Assembly (NCBI GenBank): GCA_965277285.1
Contig: OZ255721.1
Location: 2,432,001-2,496,000 of the forward strand
DNA: 64,000 nucleotides
From: Abditibacteriaceae bacterium
Lineage (GTDB): Bacteria; Armatimonadota; Abditibacteriia; Abditibacteriales; Abditibacteriaceae
Direction: 5' to 3'
Under the pieces are notes generated by a model. The model was not told the origin of the DNA. It saw only the letters and a list, made by a program, of their open reading frames with translations, and made no database searches. The first letter of the stretch is position 1; each line of letters opens with the position of its first letter. The position numbers and the translations under genes are program-made. Positions 19,918 through 30,309 of the stretch are shown here, piece by piece.

Positions 19918-21144
19918 TTACCCGCCGACGTGCGCGCCCAGATGTCCCAATCCCAGTCCGATGACGTAAGTGACAATGCCTTCCACCGCGCCAACGAGCG
20001 TCATTTCCAGGCCGCTGCTCCACCACGAACGAACCGTGATCATGGTCTTGGCGGCGCCAACCGCAAAGTGCGCCAGCAGTGAAATCGCTGCCGCTGCGAT
20101 GACAGCCGGATAACCCGACATGAAAAAGAACGGAATCAGCGGAATGATGCCGCCAATGCCAGTCGAAACTGCGCCCGAGAAAGCCGACACTAAAGGTTTG
20201 CTGAGCGCGTCTTCCGTCAGGTTGAGGTCTTCCGCCGCGAGAGTGCGTAGAAATTGCTCGGGGTCGCGCGACAAGTGTTCGGCCAGTTTGCTGGCGTCTT
20301 CTTCGGGCACACCTTTGACTTGATAGATCAGCGTCAGTTCTTCGCGCGCTTCGTCCGGGTTTTTCTCCAACTCTTGCCGCTTGCGATGCAGTTCAGCTTC
20401 GTAAATTTCGCGCTCGCTTTTCGACGCCAAATAAGCGCCCGAACCCATCGAAAGCGCGCTCGCCACGGTTCCCGCCAAGCCCGCCAGCAAGACAAAATGA
20501 CTGTCGCCCAAAGTCGCGCCCGAGACGCCCGACACAATGCCGAAAATCGCGCCCAACCCATCGTTCACACCATAAATCGCGTCGCCGATCCAACTGGCGG
20601 GCGCACGATGACCACGTTTTTGGCGCAAGGCATCCAGCGCGGCTTGCGGGTCGCGCGCTTTCTTGCCGATTAAGCCCGGAGAGCGCGTCGCGGCGGGATT
20701 TACCAGGCTTTTCAAAGTCTTGGAATGGCGCTGTTCTTCCAAAATCAGGTCGCGCAAAATCTCGATGCTGGGTTCGTCGCCCAGTTCTTTGATCTGGCGA
20801 CCATAGCGCGCGATGTCCTGGCGTTCTTCGAGTTCGATGCGCCGCAAAGCCGCATCTGCGCCGCCGACGCGATTGGCGAACGAATCGGCGCGGCCTGTCG
20901 CGGCGCCTTTATAAACCGGTTCGGGCGCGCCCAGTTCTTGAAGACGTTGCGCCCAGCGCCTGGCATGCGCGGTTTCCGATTCGGCCATTTCCAGCAAAAC
21001 GGCGCGGCGCAATGCGTCGTTTTCACTTTCGGCCAGCGCGCGGTAGGTCGCGGCGCCTTCGGTTTCTTCGTACCAGTTGCCTTCGAGAGCTTTTATTAAG
21101 CGCGCTTTCTGTCCTTCTGTGGGAGAAATTTGCGTTGTCGTCAT
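19918..21144 (-). CDS. Ferritin-like domain fused to VIT1/CCC1 transporter (MbfA-like)
   Basis: N-terminal E...ExxH pairs (ESETAH, EEQRH); DAIYGVNDGL and SMGSGAYL VIT1 motifs. Confidence 0.88.
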   Translation of the reverse strand: MTTTQISPTEGQKARLIKALEGNWYEETEGAATYRALAESENDALRRAVLLEMAESETAHARRWAQRLQELGAPEPVYKGAATGRADSFANRVGGADAALRRIELEERQDIARYGRQIKELGDEPSIEILRDLILEEQRHSKTLKSLVNPAATRSPGLIGKKARDPQAALDALRQKRGHRAPASWIGDAIYGVNDGLGAIFGIVSGVSGATLGDSHFVLLAGLAGTVASALSMGSGAYLASKSEREIYEAELHRKRQELEKNPDEAREELTLIYQVKGVPEEDASKLAEHLSRDPEQFLRTLAAEDLNLTEDALSKPLVSAFSGAVSTGIGGIIPLIPFFFMSGYPAVIAAAAISLLAHFAVGAAKTMITVRSWWSSGLEMTLVGAVEGIVTYVIGLGLGHLGAHVGG

Positions 21145-21278
21145 AGTGTCAGAAAACCTTCGAGTGATTCAAAATGCGTCGCTCAAGACTTGCCTGGCGC
21201 GAAGCCGTTCCGCCGCAATCGAGTACTCGATCCGCTTCGCACATAAAATAAAAATCCAAGCGACAACACTCAGGCTTT

Positions 21279-22118
21279 TCATTTTAATTTTTGTCGGCGA
21301 TATAATTCACCTTTGGCGGCGGCGCGGATTTTTGCTGCATATTTCGATTTTTTGAATTGCGCCAGTTTTTGCAAGAGCAGCGGAGAAGAATCTTCGTGCT
21401 GTGCGAGATGCAAAAGATAGTCGGCATATTCCGCGTTGTAAAGTTTTTCCAGTGACTTAATGTCAACGTCGGAAGCCTCGGCTTCCTGCAACTGAACATA
21501 GAACTCGTGAAACACTTTCTGGCTTTCTCGTTGGCTATTACGATAATCTATGATTGCCTGTCGCCTGGGATGTTGCTCCACCACTTTGTAGAACGCGTCT
21601 TCTTTCTCTACACAAGACGCAAACCAGCCAGTGACTATTTCCAAGCAGTAAGAATCGTCGGCGTCGTACTTGACGATTTCAACTAAAATCTCTTCCCAAT
21701 CGCGCAAGCTCCAATCGTCTTTTTCGTAGCGCGCTTTTGCCATTGTCAGTAACGGATCTGGGTCGCCAGTTTTCCTCACCAAACGCCATAAAATCTCATC
21801 ATGCTGCCTGGAATTCGCCAACATAGCGACGACTTTTCTGTCTATAAAATCGTGTGCGATATTCAATGGCAAAGGTTGACTTAAATACCAAACGACACCA
21901 TTCCAGATCGCGTCTTCGCAACTCAAATCGCGCAATTTTTCGTGCAATTGAAGCAACAAACTTTCGTCGATGGGACTTTTCATCACACGCTTCGCGTTCA
22001 AATGCGGCGAGCCAAGTTCTTCATCGGCATCTTCTTCAAATTTGTATTTCTCACACAATTCTTCGTTTGAACACAAAAGCAGCTTTTCGATCCAACTTTG
22101 CAACGAAATATTATCCAT
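21279..22118 (-). CDS. Hypothetical protein (AT-richer, helical)
   Basis: 279-aa ORF filling the gap; atypical composition. Confidence 0.65.
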   Translation of the reverse strand: MDNISLQSWIEKLLLCSNEELCEKYKFEEDADEELGSPHLNAKRVMKSPIDESLLLQLHEKLRDLSCEDAIWNGVVWYLSQPLPLNIAHDFIDRKVVAMLANSRQHDEILWRLVRKTGDPDPLLTMAKARYEKDDWSLRDWEEILVEIVKYDADDSYCLEIVTGWFASCVEKEDAFYKVVEQHPRRQAIIDYRNSQRESQKVFHEFYVQLQEAEASDVDIKSLEKLYNAEYADYLLHLAQHEDSSPLLLQKLAQFKKSKYAAKIRAAAKGELYRRQKLK

Positions 22119-22132
22119 ATCGAGTACGCGAT

Positions 22133-23245
22133 TTACGCCACAACCGCCTGCGCTTTGTTCTTCCGATTCTTCGCGTTGTCGCGCACGCGGCGAATAATCG
22201 CTTCGTCGACGGCTTTCTCGAAGGAGCGGAAACCGGCCAGTTTGAAGCCGTGTTTTTGCGCGATTTGCCCGATGCGCTGCACTTGCTCGACCGTTAAATC
22301 GCGGCCCAAGGTGAACGGTTCATAAGTGCCTTCGAGCGCCATCAGCATGGTTTCGCTCATGCAGGCATAGGCGGTTTTATCGGGAAAGCCAAAATTAAAG
22401 TTGAAATTGACTGGCCCGGGAACGCTGATGACGCCGCCTTCGATAACCAGCACATCGTCGCGCTCTTCGACGACTTGTTTGGAGACATCGCGTGGTCGCG
22501 CCACATCGCAAATGACGGCGCCGGTTTTCAAATCTTCGGGGTAAATCAAAGCATCGGTCGCAGCCGAAACCGCCAAGATTAAATCGGCTTCTTTCAAGGC
22601 GTTGTTGATATCATCAGTCGCCCACACGCCACTTCGAGTACTCGATCTCGCCAGAATATCGGTCTTCAACTTCGCCAACTTGTCCAAGTCGCGCCCGACC
22701 AAAACCACATCTTCCACCAGTTCAGCCATCATTTTGGCGCAAACCGCGCCGGTCGAACCGCTGGCGCCGATAATAGCGCAACGACTTTGCGCGACATCAA
22801 TGTCCATCAGTTCTGCCGCGCGCAACAAACCTTCGACCGCCGTATAAACCGTATAAGAATTGCCGCTCGTGACATTGATAACGCCGCGCAACTTTTCCGC
22901 GACCGTGATTCCCGCATCGCCGACAACGCTGGTGAAAGCGCCCAAGCCGACGATTTTCGCGCCCTGCTCGGCGCCGACGCGTCCGGCCTGCGCGATTTTT
23001 TCGTAAACAAATTCGGTTGGCAACTCGAGGAACTGGCGCGGCGACAACGGCAATTGAATCAGCCAGCCTTCGGCTTCGGCGCTCGTCAGCGAGCGCACGC
23101 CCGTCACATGAGACGCGACTTTGGGCGACATCTTGAGCATCAGTTTTTCAATGGCGGCTTCGGGCGCGTATTTCAAAACCGGATATTTGCGCGCCGCATC
23201 GCGCTTCACGTCAATCGGATGAATGATGAAAGAGAACTTTTCCAT
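22133..23245 (-). CDS. COG5322-type NAD(P)-binding oxidoreductase (acyl-ACP-reductase-like; often annotated shikimate dehydrogenase)
   Basis: FSFIIHP, VGLGAFTSVVG, TSGNSYT, GASGSTG, DVARPRD, YACMSET. Confidence 0.8.
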   Translation of the reverse strand: MEKFSFIIHPIDVKRDAARKYPVLKYAPEAAIEKLMLKMSPKVASHVTGVRSLTSAEAEGWLIQLPLSPRQFLELPTEFVYEKIAQAGRVGAEQGAKIVGLGAFTSVVGDAGITVAEKLRGVINVTSGNSYTVYTAVEGLLRAAELMDIDVAQSRCAIIGASGSTGAVCAKMMAELVEDVVLVGRDLDKLAKLKTDILARSSTRSGVWATDDINNALKEADLILAVSAATDALIYPEDLKTGAVICDVARPRDVSKQVVEERDDVLVIEGGVISVPGPVNFNFNFGFPDKTAYACMSETMLMALEGTYEPFTLGRDLTVEQVQRIGQIAQKHGFKLAGFRSFEKAVDEAIIRRVRDNAKNRKNKAQAVVA

Positions 23246-23252
23246 GATTTTG

Positions 23253-23398
23253 AACCACAGAGACACAAAGAACACAGAGGAAAATAAGAGTTACGTCATT
23301 TTGAGTGCCGCGAAGAATCTCACTGCACATAAATTCTTCGCGGCGCTCAAAATGACGTAACTCTTATTTTCCTCTGTGTTCTTTGTGTCTCTGTGGTT
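23253..23398. repeat. About 146-bp near-perfect hairpin (outer AACCACAGAGACACAAAGAACACAGAG, inner GTCATTTTGAG arms)
   Basis: Arms complementary over about 65 bp. Confidence 0.85.
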
Positions 23399-23403
23399 AA
23401 TTC

Positions 23404-24372
23404 TTAAAATTGCACGATGCGAGGTTGCCAGCCCAATTGTTTCAGCAGTTTCGAGTACTCGATAGAGGTTTTGGCGCCCAACGCGGCTAAAACGCCTTCC
23501 ATGACGTTGGTGCCGAAACTGCGTCCCCCAAATTCGGGCGTCGTCGTAATCAAGGTTTTGGCGCCGCGTTCGCGCAACAATTCGATGTCGCTCGAGGTGA
23601 CCGTGTTGGTCAAAATCGTTTTGCCGTCAATGCGGTCAGGCAAATAGCGGCGAATCAGCAGGAAGTCGCCCGCGATAATGTCGGCGGCATCGTAGAACTT
23701 TTGATAAGCGGGCGTGCACTTGATTTCTTTCTGTTTTTCGCCGGTCGGATAAAGCCAATTAAAGGGCAAGCGCGTTGCAATCGGCAAAATCAGGCGTCCC
23801 ATCATGTTCAAGGTGCTCAGTTTGCGGATGCCAATCGGCACGCCCAAGTTGAATTGCAAATCGCCGAAAGTGACAGCCGCGCCGCTTTCCACTAACTGCT
23901 CGGCCATGCCGAAACGATCCACAGCGGAAACCAGCAAAACTTTGGCGCCTTTGAAATCGACAATGCCTTCGCGTTGCAGGCGACGAATCGTTTCGCGCTC
24001 CAATGTGTCTTTCAAGCCGCTGCCATCGACGACCGGCGTGGTTTTCGCCATGCTCGCCATTTTCGCGGCGTCCGGCAATACGTAGCGGCGCTTGCCGACC
24101 ACAACATATAAATCAATTCCGCCCAGGCTAATCGCCGCGACATGTCCGTCCAGTTCTTGAATCGCCTGGCACGCTTTGGCGACATCGCCGTCGGTTCCGC
24201 GCCGTTCGATGGTGAACGAGCGACCCAAAAGTTCGGCGTGCGCCGTGTGGTCGCGCGACGACGAACCCAGCGAAACCGAAACCACGCGCAAAGGCGTATC
24301 GGAAGTCGGTTCGGTAGCAGATCGAGTACTCGAAAGCGCATTGGAAGTTGCAGCGGCGGTTGTATCAGACAT
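23404..24372 (-). CDS. Conserved protein (family often labelled quinate 5-dehydrogenase), partner of the COG5322 gene
   Basis: VVSVSLGSSSRDH, GTDGD, VDGSGLK, SAVDRFGMA, GRSFGTNVME. Confidence 0.8.
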   Translation of the reverse strand: MSDTTAAATSNALSSTRSATEPTSDTPLRVVSVSLGSSSRDHTAHAELLGRSFTIERRGTDGDVAKACQAIQELDGHVAAISLGGIDLYVVVGKRRYVLPDAAKMASMAKTTPVVDGSGLKDTLERETIRRLQREGIVDFKGAKVLLVSAVDRFGMAEQLVESGAAVTFGDLQFNLGVPIGIRKLSTLNMMGRLILPIATRLPFNWLYPTGEKQKEIKCTPAYQKFYDAADIIAGDFLLIRRYLPDRIDGKTILTNTVTSSDIELLRERGAKTLITTTPEFGGRSFGTNVMEGVLAALGAKTSIEYSKLLKQLGWQPRIVQF

Positions 24373-24621
24373 AGGCGAAATTATAGCACGTCAATTTAAT
24401 AAGCCGTTACCAATATCGATTTTGCTTTGTGTCGTGACGACGGACAATACCGTGCGTTGATAGAACAGAATCACGCCGAGGTTTGTTAAGATTGAGCTAT
24501 CTTCCACCTTTATCCTCGGGTTATCAGACTGTCTTCTGACAGGTTACAACCAGACAGCTCAAATGCGCATGAACTCGCTTTCTTCAACGTCTGACACGAT
24601 GCGTTTCATTGGGGAGACTCG

Positions 24622-26334
24622 GTGAATCTGAGTCTGAAAAGAACGTCCAAAGTTGATGCAACGACAGCCTCAAAGACCACCAAATCTTTGAGCGCTGCGT
24701 CGTCGCGCGCGCCAGAAGCGGCGTCTTTCGCCACGTCTTCCCTTGGCAGCGAGCCGCCGGATGCCGAAATCGTGGTCGCGGTTTTTCGCACCATTGTTTT
24801 GGTGGCGGCGTTGGTTGTGCCGCGATTGGTCAACGGTTTGGTGCCGATTGCGACGCCTTTGATCTGGCTGGCGGCAGTGGCGGGCGCTTACAACTTGCTG
24901 GTCGTCGGCGCTTATTTTTGGCGAGGTCGAAACAGTTTGCGGCGCCCTTTCATCATCGCGATGGATTTGATGTTGATCACGCTGTGGATTCGCCTGACTT
25001 CGTCGTGGGGTTTGTTCCCGCTTTATTATGTCGTCGTCGTCGTGGCCGCGATGTGGTATCGCATCTGGGGCGGCCTTCTAACGGCGTTTTGCTGCAACGC
25101 TTTGTATTTGATGATGCTGATTCGCAGCATCGTCGCTTATTCACAGGGCACTTCGCCCAACAACACAGCGGTCGGCCTGCGCGAAACATTTTATTTGCTG
25201 GCGAACCTACCATTTCTGGGAACTGGCTTCGCGCTCAACGTCGCGCTGTTGTTCCTCATCGGCAGCCTGGTTGGTTCGCTGGCTGTGGCGCAGGAACGCG
25301 AACGCAGGCGGCGCCTGGAAGAACAATTGTTGCTGGCCAACTATCAGCGCGAAATTGATCTTTCGACGCAAATGCAACCGCTTTTAGTAGCGCACGAATG
25401 GTTCTTGCAGCAGGACGAAACAACTGCTACAACGCTTGAAGATTCGCCCGCAGTTCCCTTGTCGGAAGAAGCGCGCAGTCTTCAAAGTGCGCTTTCGAGT
25501 ACTCGAAGTCCGTTGCAGGCGCCCGAAATTCTGCCGCAAACGCGCGCGACAATGGCGGACAAGGCGCGCGTCAAGCTGGGCGCGACGATGCAAACGGCAC
25601 GCGAATTCGGCGGCGGCGATTACTTCGATTTCATTCCGCTCGACAACGGTCGCAGCGCCTTGTGCATCGCCGATGTGTCGGGCAAAAGCGTGCGCGCTCA
25701 GGCGCGTTTGCCGCTCTTGAAATATGCGTTGCGCGCCCTTGCGCCATTGTATTCCGAGCCGGACGCTTTAATGAATCGCTTGAACGAAACGCTCGCGCCC
25801 GACTTGCAAAACGACTTGTTCATCGGCTTGTGCTACATCGTGCTCGATCCGCGCATCAACAAATTGCATTGGTGCAACGCCGGTCACATCGCGCCGTTGT
25901 TGCTGCCTTCGCGGGTTTTCGATGAGAAGAATCGCGCCGTTCCCGAACTGGTCGCGCTGGAAACGCTGGGGCCTGCGCTGGGGCTTTTCCCTGAAACGCA
26001 CTACGAAGCGAAAACCGCGATCTGGCGACCGGGCGACCGAATTTTGATGTTTACCGACGGGCTTTCCGACGCGCTTTCGTATCACGGACGCGAAGACGGC
26101 GAAGAACAAGTGCGCCACGTCGCACTTGAATTGGAACAAGACGCGTGGCGCGAACCGCAAAATATCGCGCAGCATTTTCTGGATTTGGCCAGAGAAGCGT
26201 TGGACGATGGCAATTCTCTATTTTCGCGCTTGTCGCCATTTCATCGTCACAATGAACCCATCGTTGGCAAAAGCGAACGCCGCGACGACATCACAATCGT
26301 CGTCGCACGCCGCCCCGTACCAGACGAAAAATGA
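24622..26334 (+). CDS. Membrane-bound SpoIIE/PP2C-family phosphatase
   Basis: Several TM helices; GGDYFD, ADVSGK, NAGH, TDGL, DDIT. Confidence 0.9.
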   Translation: MNLSLKRTSKVDATTASKTTKSLSAASSRAPEAASFATSSLGSEPPDAEIVVAVFRTIVLVAALVVPRLVNGLVPIATPLIWLAAVAGAYNLLVVGAYFWRGRNSLRRPFIIAMDLMLITLWIRLTSSWGLFPLYYVVVVVAAMWYRIWGGLLTAFCCNALYLMMLIRSIVAYSQGTSPNNTAVGLRETFYLLANLPFLGTGFALNVALLFLIGSLVGSLAVAQERERRRRLEEQLLLANYQREIDLSTQMQPLLVAHEWFLQQDETTATTLEDSPAVPLSEEARSLQSALSSTRSPLQAPEILPQTRATMADKARVKLGATMQTAREFGGGDYFDFIPLDNGRSALCIADVSGKSVRAQARLPLLKYALRALAPLYSEPDALMNRLNETLAPDLQNDLFIGLCYIVLDPRINKLHWCNAGHIAPLLLPSRVFDEKNRAVPELVALETLGPALGLFPETHYEAKTAIWRPGDRILMFTDGLSDALSYHGREDGEEQVRHVALELEQDAWREPQNIAQHFLDLAREALDDGNSLFSRLSPFHRHNEPIVGKSERRDDITIVVARRPVPDEK

Positions 26335-26512
26335 TTCACCGCAGAGAGCGCAGAGAAAAACAAGGAATGAGTACTCGAAAGTAAAACTTTGTCATTCTGA
26401 GCGCAGCGAAGAATCTAACTGCAACCAGATTCTTCGCTGCGCTCAGAATGACAAAGTTTACAACCACTCTCTTTTTTGTCTGCGTTCTCCGCGCTCTGCG
26501 GTGAATCATTTT
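26328..26512. repeat. Composite REP-like hairpin (outer CACCGCAGAG, inner GTCATTCTGAGCGCAGCGAAGAATCT at 26391-26452)
   Basis: Nested inverted repeats. Confidence 0.8.
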
Positions 26513-26589
26513 GAAGAGCGCAACCACACACATTCTCAAACGTCGGGTTCGGGTCTTCTTCCATTCACCTCATTTTTCACGGAGTTCCC

Positions 26590-29500
26590 GTGCCTTCCAC
26601 GACTAAAACCATCAAGAAAACAGCGCCGAAAAGCGCCCCTAAATCGCGTATCAAAGAACTAAAACCGCAGCCTTTGTGCGCCGAAGTTCAAGCGCCGCCA
26701 CTCGAAAAAATCACGCCCGACAAATATATCATCGTCAAGGGCGCGCGCCAGCACAACCTGAAAAACATCGACATCACGTTGCCGCGCGACAAAATGATCG
26801 TCATCACCGGACTTTCCGGCTCGGGCAAATCCAGCCTCGCTTTCGACACGATTTACGCCGAAGGTCAGCGTCGCTACGTTGAAAGCTTGAGTGCTTACGC
26901 GCGCCAGTTTCTGGGTCAAATGGACAAGCCGGATGTGGATTTTATCGAAGGTTTAAGCCCGGCGGTTTCCATCGACCAAAAAACCGCGTCCAGAAATCCG
27001 CGTTCAACCGTGGCAACCGTGACGGAAGTTTACGATTACCTGCGCTTGCTTTTCGCGCGCATCGGACAGCCGCATTGTCCCAACTGCGGGCGCGATGTGA
27101 AACGCCAATCGCTCGACCAGATCATCGACCAGATTATGAAACTGGGCGAAAGCACGCGACTTCACATTCTGGCGCCGCTGGTGCGCGGTCGCAAAGGCGA
27201 ATACAAGAAAATCTTTGAAGACGCGCGCAAAAAAGGTTTCGCGCGGGTTCGCGTCAACGGCACGATTTATAACATCGACGAAGCCGACGACATCAAGCTG
27301 GAACGCTACGAAAAACACGACATTGAAATCGTGGTTGATCGCGCCATTGTTAAAGCCGACGCGCATCAGCGTTTGGCCGACAGCGTGCAAACCGCGCTGA
27401 AGATGGGCGAAGGCATCGTGATGGTGGAAGTTGTGCCGCGCGAGGATGAAGCGAACGTAGGGGCGCAGCATGCTGCGCCCGCGCCGGAAGATCGAGTACT
27501 CACTTTCTCCGAGCATTTCGCCTGCGCCTATTGCGACTTGTCGTTTGAAGAACTGGAGCCGCGCACGTTTTCGTTCAACTCGCCGTATGGCGCCTGTCCC
27601 GAATGTTTGGGATTGGGAACGCATCAGGAATTCGATGCGCAATTGGTGGTTCCCGATGCAAGATTAAGTCTCGATAGCGGAGCGATTGCGCCGTGGAAGA
27701 AAAGTGGCTCGAATTACAAAAAGTCGATGTTGCGCTCGCTCGCCGACAAATATGGTTTCTCGATGGAAACGCCGTGGAACGAACTGGCGGACGAACACAA
27801 AAGCATCGTTCTCAATGGCTCGAACGGCGAGCACGTTCACGTTTCTTATGTCAATATGCACGGGCGCAGGCGCTCGTACAACACCGCCTGGGAAGGTGTT
27901 TTGGCCAGTCTGCAAAACGAATACGCCGAATATGGCGATACGTGGAAAGAAGAATTGCAAAAGTGGATGAGCGATCATCCGTGTCCGGTTTGCAAAGGCG
28001 CACGATTGAAACCGTTCCCGCTCGCTGTTACAGTTGCCGATAAAAACATCTCGCAAGTGACGGGTTTAAGCGTCGGCGAATCGGCGCAGTTCTTCACGCA
28101 ATTGCGCGGCGGCAGCCACAACGAAACCACCGCAGCCGAAGCTCGAGTACTCGAAAAGGTCGAAAATATCGCCACTGGAGGCGCCGCAAGTGCAAAGTTG
28201 AACGGTAAAGCATCAAATGGCAAAGCGCAATCGTCTATTGATTTGAACGAACGTGACACGATCATTGCGCGCCCGATTCTCAAAGAAATTCAAGAACGCT
28301 TACAATTTTTGGTCGATGTCGGTTTGAATTATCTTACGCTGGATCGCGCGGCCAATACGCTGGCGGGCGGCGAAGCGCAACGCATTCGGCTGGCAACGCA
28401 AATCGGTTCCGGTTTGGTCGGCGTGCTTTACGTTTTGGACGAGCCTTCGATTGGGTTGCATCAGCGCGATAATGAAAAACTGCTAAGTACACTGGTACGT
28501 TTGCGCGACTTGGGCAACACCGTCATTGTCGTCGAACACGATGAAGACACCATGCGCGCAGCCGATCACATCGTCGACATCGGGCCAAAAGCCGGTGAAC
28601 ATGGCGGTCGCGTCGTGGCGCAAGGCACTCTTGACGACATTATGAACTGTCCCGAAAGCGCGACGGGACGTTTTCTCAGCGGCGCCGAAATCATTCCGAT
28701 GAAGCGCCCGCGCCGCGAACCAACGGGTTTTCTCGAAATCAAAGGCGCGCGCGAACACAACCTCAAAAACGTCGATGCGAAGATTCCTCTGGGTTGTTTC
28801 GTCTGCGTGACCGGCGTTTCAGGTTCGGGAAAGAGTACTCTCATCGGCGATATTTTGTCGCAAAGATTGGCGCACGACGTAATGAAGCAAGCGACGATTT
28901 GGGGACGACACGACGAAATTCTTGGCGTCGAGCAAATCGACAAAATCATCACCATTGATCAAAGCCCGATTGGCCGCACGCCGCGCAGCAATCCGGCGAC
29001 TTATACCGGCGCTTTTACGCCTTTACGCGAACTGTTTCAGGCGACGCGCGAAGCCAAGCAGCGCGGCTACGGGCCGGGACGTTTCAGCTTCAACGTGAAA
29101 GGCGGGCGCTGCGAAAACTGTCAGGGCGATGGCATTATCAAAATCGAGATGCACTTTCTGCCCGACGTTTACGTGCCGTGCGAAGTGTGCAGCGGCAAGC
29201 GCTACAACCGCGAAACGCTCGAAGTGAAATACAAAGGCCACAGCATCGCCGACGTGCTGGACATGACGATTGAAAACGCGCTGGAAACCTTCGAGAACAT
29301 TCCGTCTATCGCGCGCAAAATGCAAACGATTTGTGATGTTGGTCTGGGCTACATCCGCATGGGACAACCCGCGACCACGCTCTCGGGCGGCGAAGCGCAA
29401 CGCGTCAAACTGGCGTCAGAACTTTCGCGGCGCGGCACCGGTCACACGCTTTATATTCTCGATGAACCCTCTGTCGGCCTTCACATGGCGGATGTAAAAG

Positions 29501-29730
29501 TTTTGATTGAAGTGCTGCAACGCTTGACCGATCAAGGCAATACAGTACTCGTTATCGAGCACAACCTCGACCTCATCGGCTGCTCGGATTACATCATCGA
29601 CATGGGGCCGGAAGGCGGCACCGGCGGCGGCAAAATCATCGCGCAAGGCACACCCGAAGACGTGATGAAAGCCAAGAAAAGCTACACCGGCCAGTTCTTG
29701 AAGACGCACTTCGCGCGACATGGGAAGTGA
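26590..29730 (+). CDS. uvrA: Excinuclease ABC subunit A
   Basis: GARQHNLKN, two Walker A motifs ([18 protein letters not shown]), zinc fingers, GGEAQR. Confidence 0.98.
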   Translation: MPSTTKTIKKTAPKSAPKSRIKELKPQPLCAEVQAPPLEKITPDKYIIVKGARQHNLKNIDITLPRDKMIVITGLSGSGKSSLAFDTIYAEGQRRYVESLSAYARQFLGQMDKPDVDFIEGLSPAVSIDQKTASRNPRSTVATVTEVYDYLRLLFARIGQPHCPNCGRDVKRQSLDQIIDQIMKLGESTRLHILAPLVRGRKGEYKKIFEDARKKGFARVRVNGTIYNIDEADDIKLERYEKHDIEIVVDRAIVKADAHQRLADSVQTALKMGEGIVMVEVVPREDEANVGAQHAAPAPEDRVLTFSEHFACAYCDLSFEELEPRTFSFNSPYGACPECLGLGTHQEFDAQLVVPDARLSLDSGAIAPWKKSGSNYKKSMLRSLADKYGFSMETPWNELADEHKSIVLNGSNGEHVHVSYVNMHGRRRSYNTAWEGVLASLQNEYAEYGDTWKEELQKWMSDHPCPVCKGARLKPFPLAVTVADKNISQVTGLSVGESAQFFTQLRGGSHNETTAAEARVLEKVENIATGGAASAKLNGKASNGKAQSSIDLNERDTIIARPILKEIQERLQFLVDVGLNYLTLDRAANTLAGGEAQRIRLATQIGSGLVGVLYVLDEPSIGLHQRDNEKLLSTLVRLRDLGNTVIVVEHDEDTMRAADHIVDIGPKAGEHGGRVVAQGTLDDIMNCPESATGRFLSGAEIIPMKRPRREPTGFLEIKGAREHNLKNVDAKIPLGCFVCVTGVSGSGKSTLIGDILSQRLAHDVMKQATIWGRHDEILGVEQIDKIITIDQSPIGRTPRSNPATYTGAFTPLRELFQATREAKQRGYGPGRFSFNVKGGRCENCQGDGIIKIEMHFLPDVYVPCEVCSGKRYNRETLEVKYKGHSIADVLDMTIENALETFENIPSIARKMQTICDVGLGYIRMGQPATTLSGGEAQRVKLASELSRRGTGHTLYILDEPSVGLHMADVKVLIEVLQRLTDQGNTVLVIEHNLDLIGCSDYIIDMGPEGGTGGGKIIAQGTPEDVMKAKKSYTGQFLKTHFARHGK

Positions 29731-29760
29731 AGATCGAGTACTCGAAGATTGAGGTCAAAA

Positions 29761-30309
29761 TCAGGGCAAGCGAGTGAGTTCGGATTCGCACACATATTTC
29801 AGAGATGCCGGACTATTATCTGGTAAGTTCGCTAATGGCCAAGTCGCAGACGCAAATTGCGATGCGCTTACGCCATTATCGAAGTTGCGGCATTTGGGCT
29901 TGTAGTCGGTTTCTTCGTCAATTTGCTCACCACTGAGAAAATACATCCATGTTTCCACGTTTCGCTTGGGGACAACAATAGCAATGTGTTCTATATTGCC
30001 ACGCTTTGCTTGGCCTGCATCTGCTAATAACTTGTCGAACTCTTGTAATCGTTCGCCCACAGTTAAATCATCTGCATCGGCAACGACAATCAATGCGCCC
30101 GTAACGCGATGCGCTTTGTGGCGCATCGCGTTGACTTCGTTAGCATATTCAGATTTCACAAAAGACAAGCAAGGTGTCTGAAACTTCGGAAACCACTCGC
30201 AAATACGGATTTTGTGTGGTGTGTAGCCGCGCTTTCTGAGGTGACGATACAACAGCATTCGATGACGTTCGTCTTCGGCCAGAATGATAATATCTACGCC
30301 TTTACTCAT
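29761..30309 (-). CDS. TOPRIM-like/DUF4276-like protein, partner of the AAA ATPase
   Basis: IILAED, VVADADD, RNVETW; 4-bp overlap with the ATPase. Confidence 0.65.
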   Translation of the reverse strand: MSKGVDIIILAEDERHRMLLYRHLRKRGYTPHKIRICEWFPKFQTPCLSFVKSEYANEVNAMRHKAHRVTGALIVVADADDLTVGERLQEFDKLLADAGQAKRGNIEHIAIVVPKRNVETWMYFLSGEQIDEETDYKPKCRNFDNGVSASQFASATWPLANLPDNSPASLKYVCESELTRLP

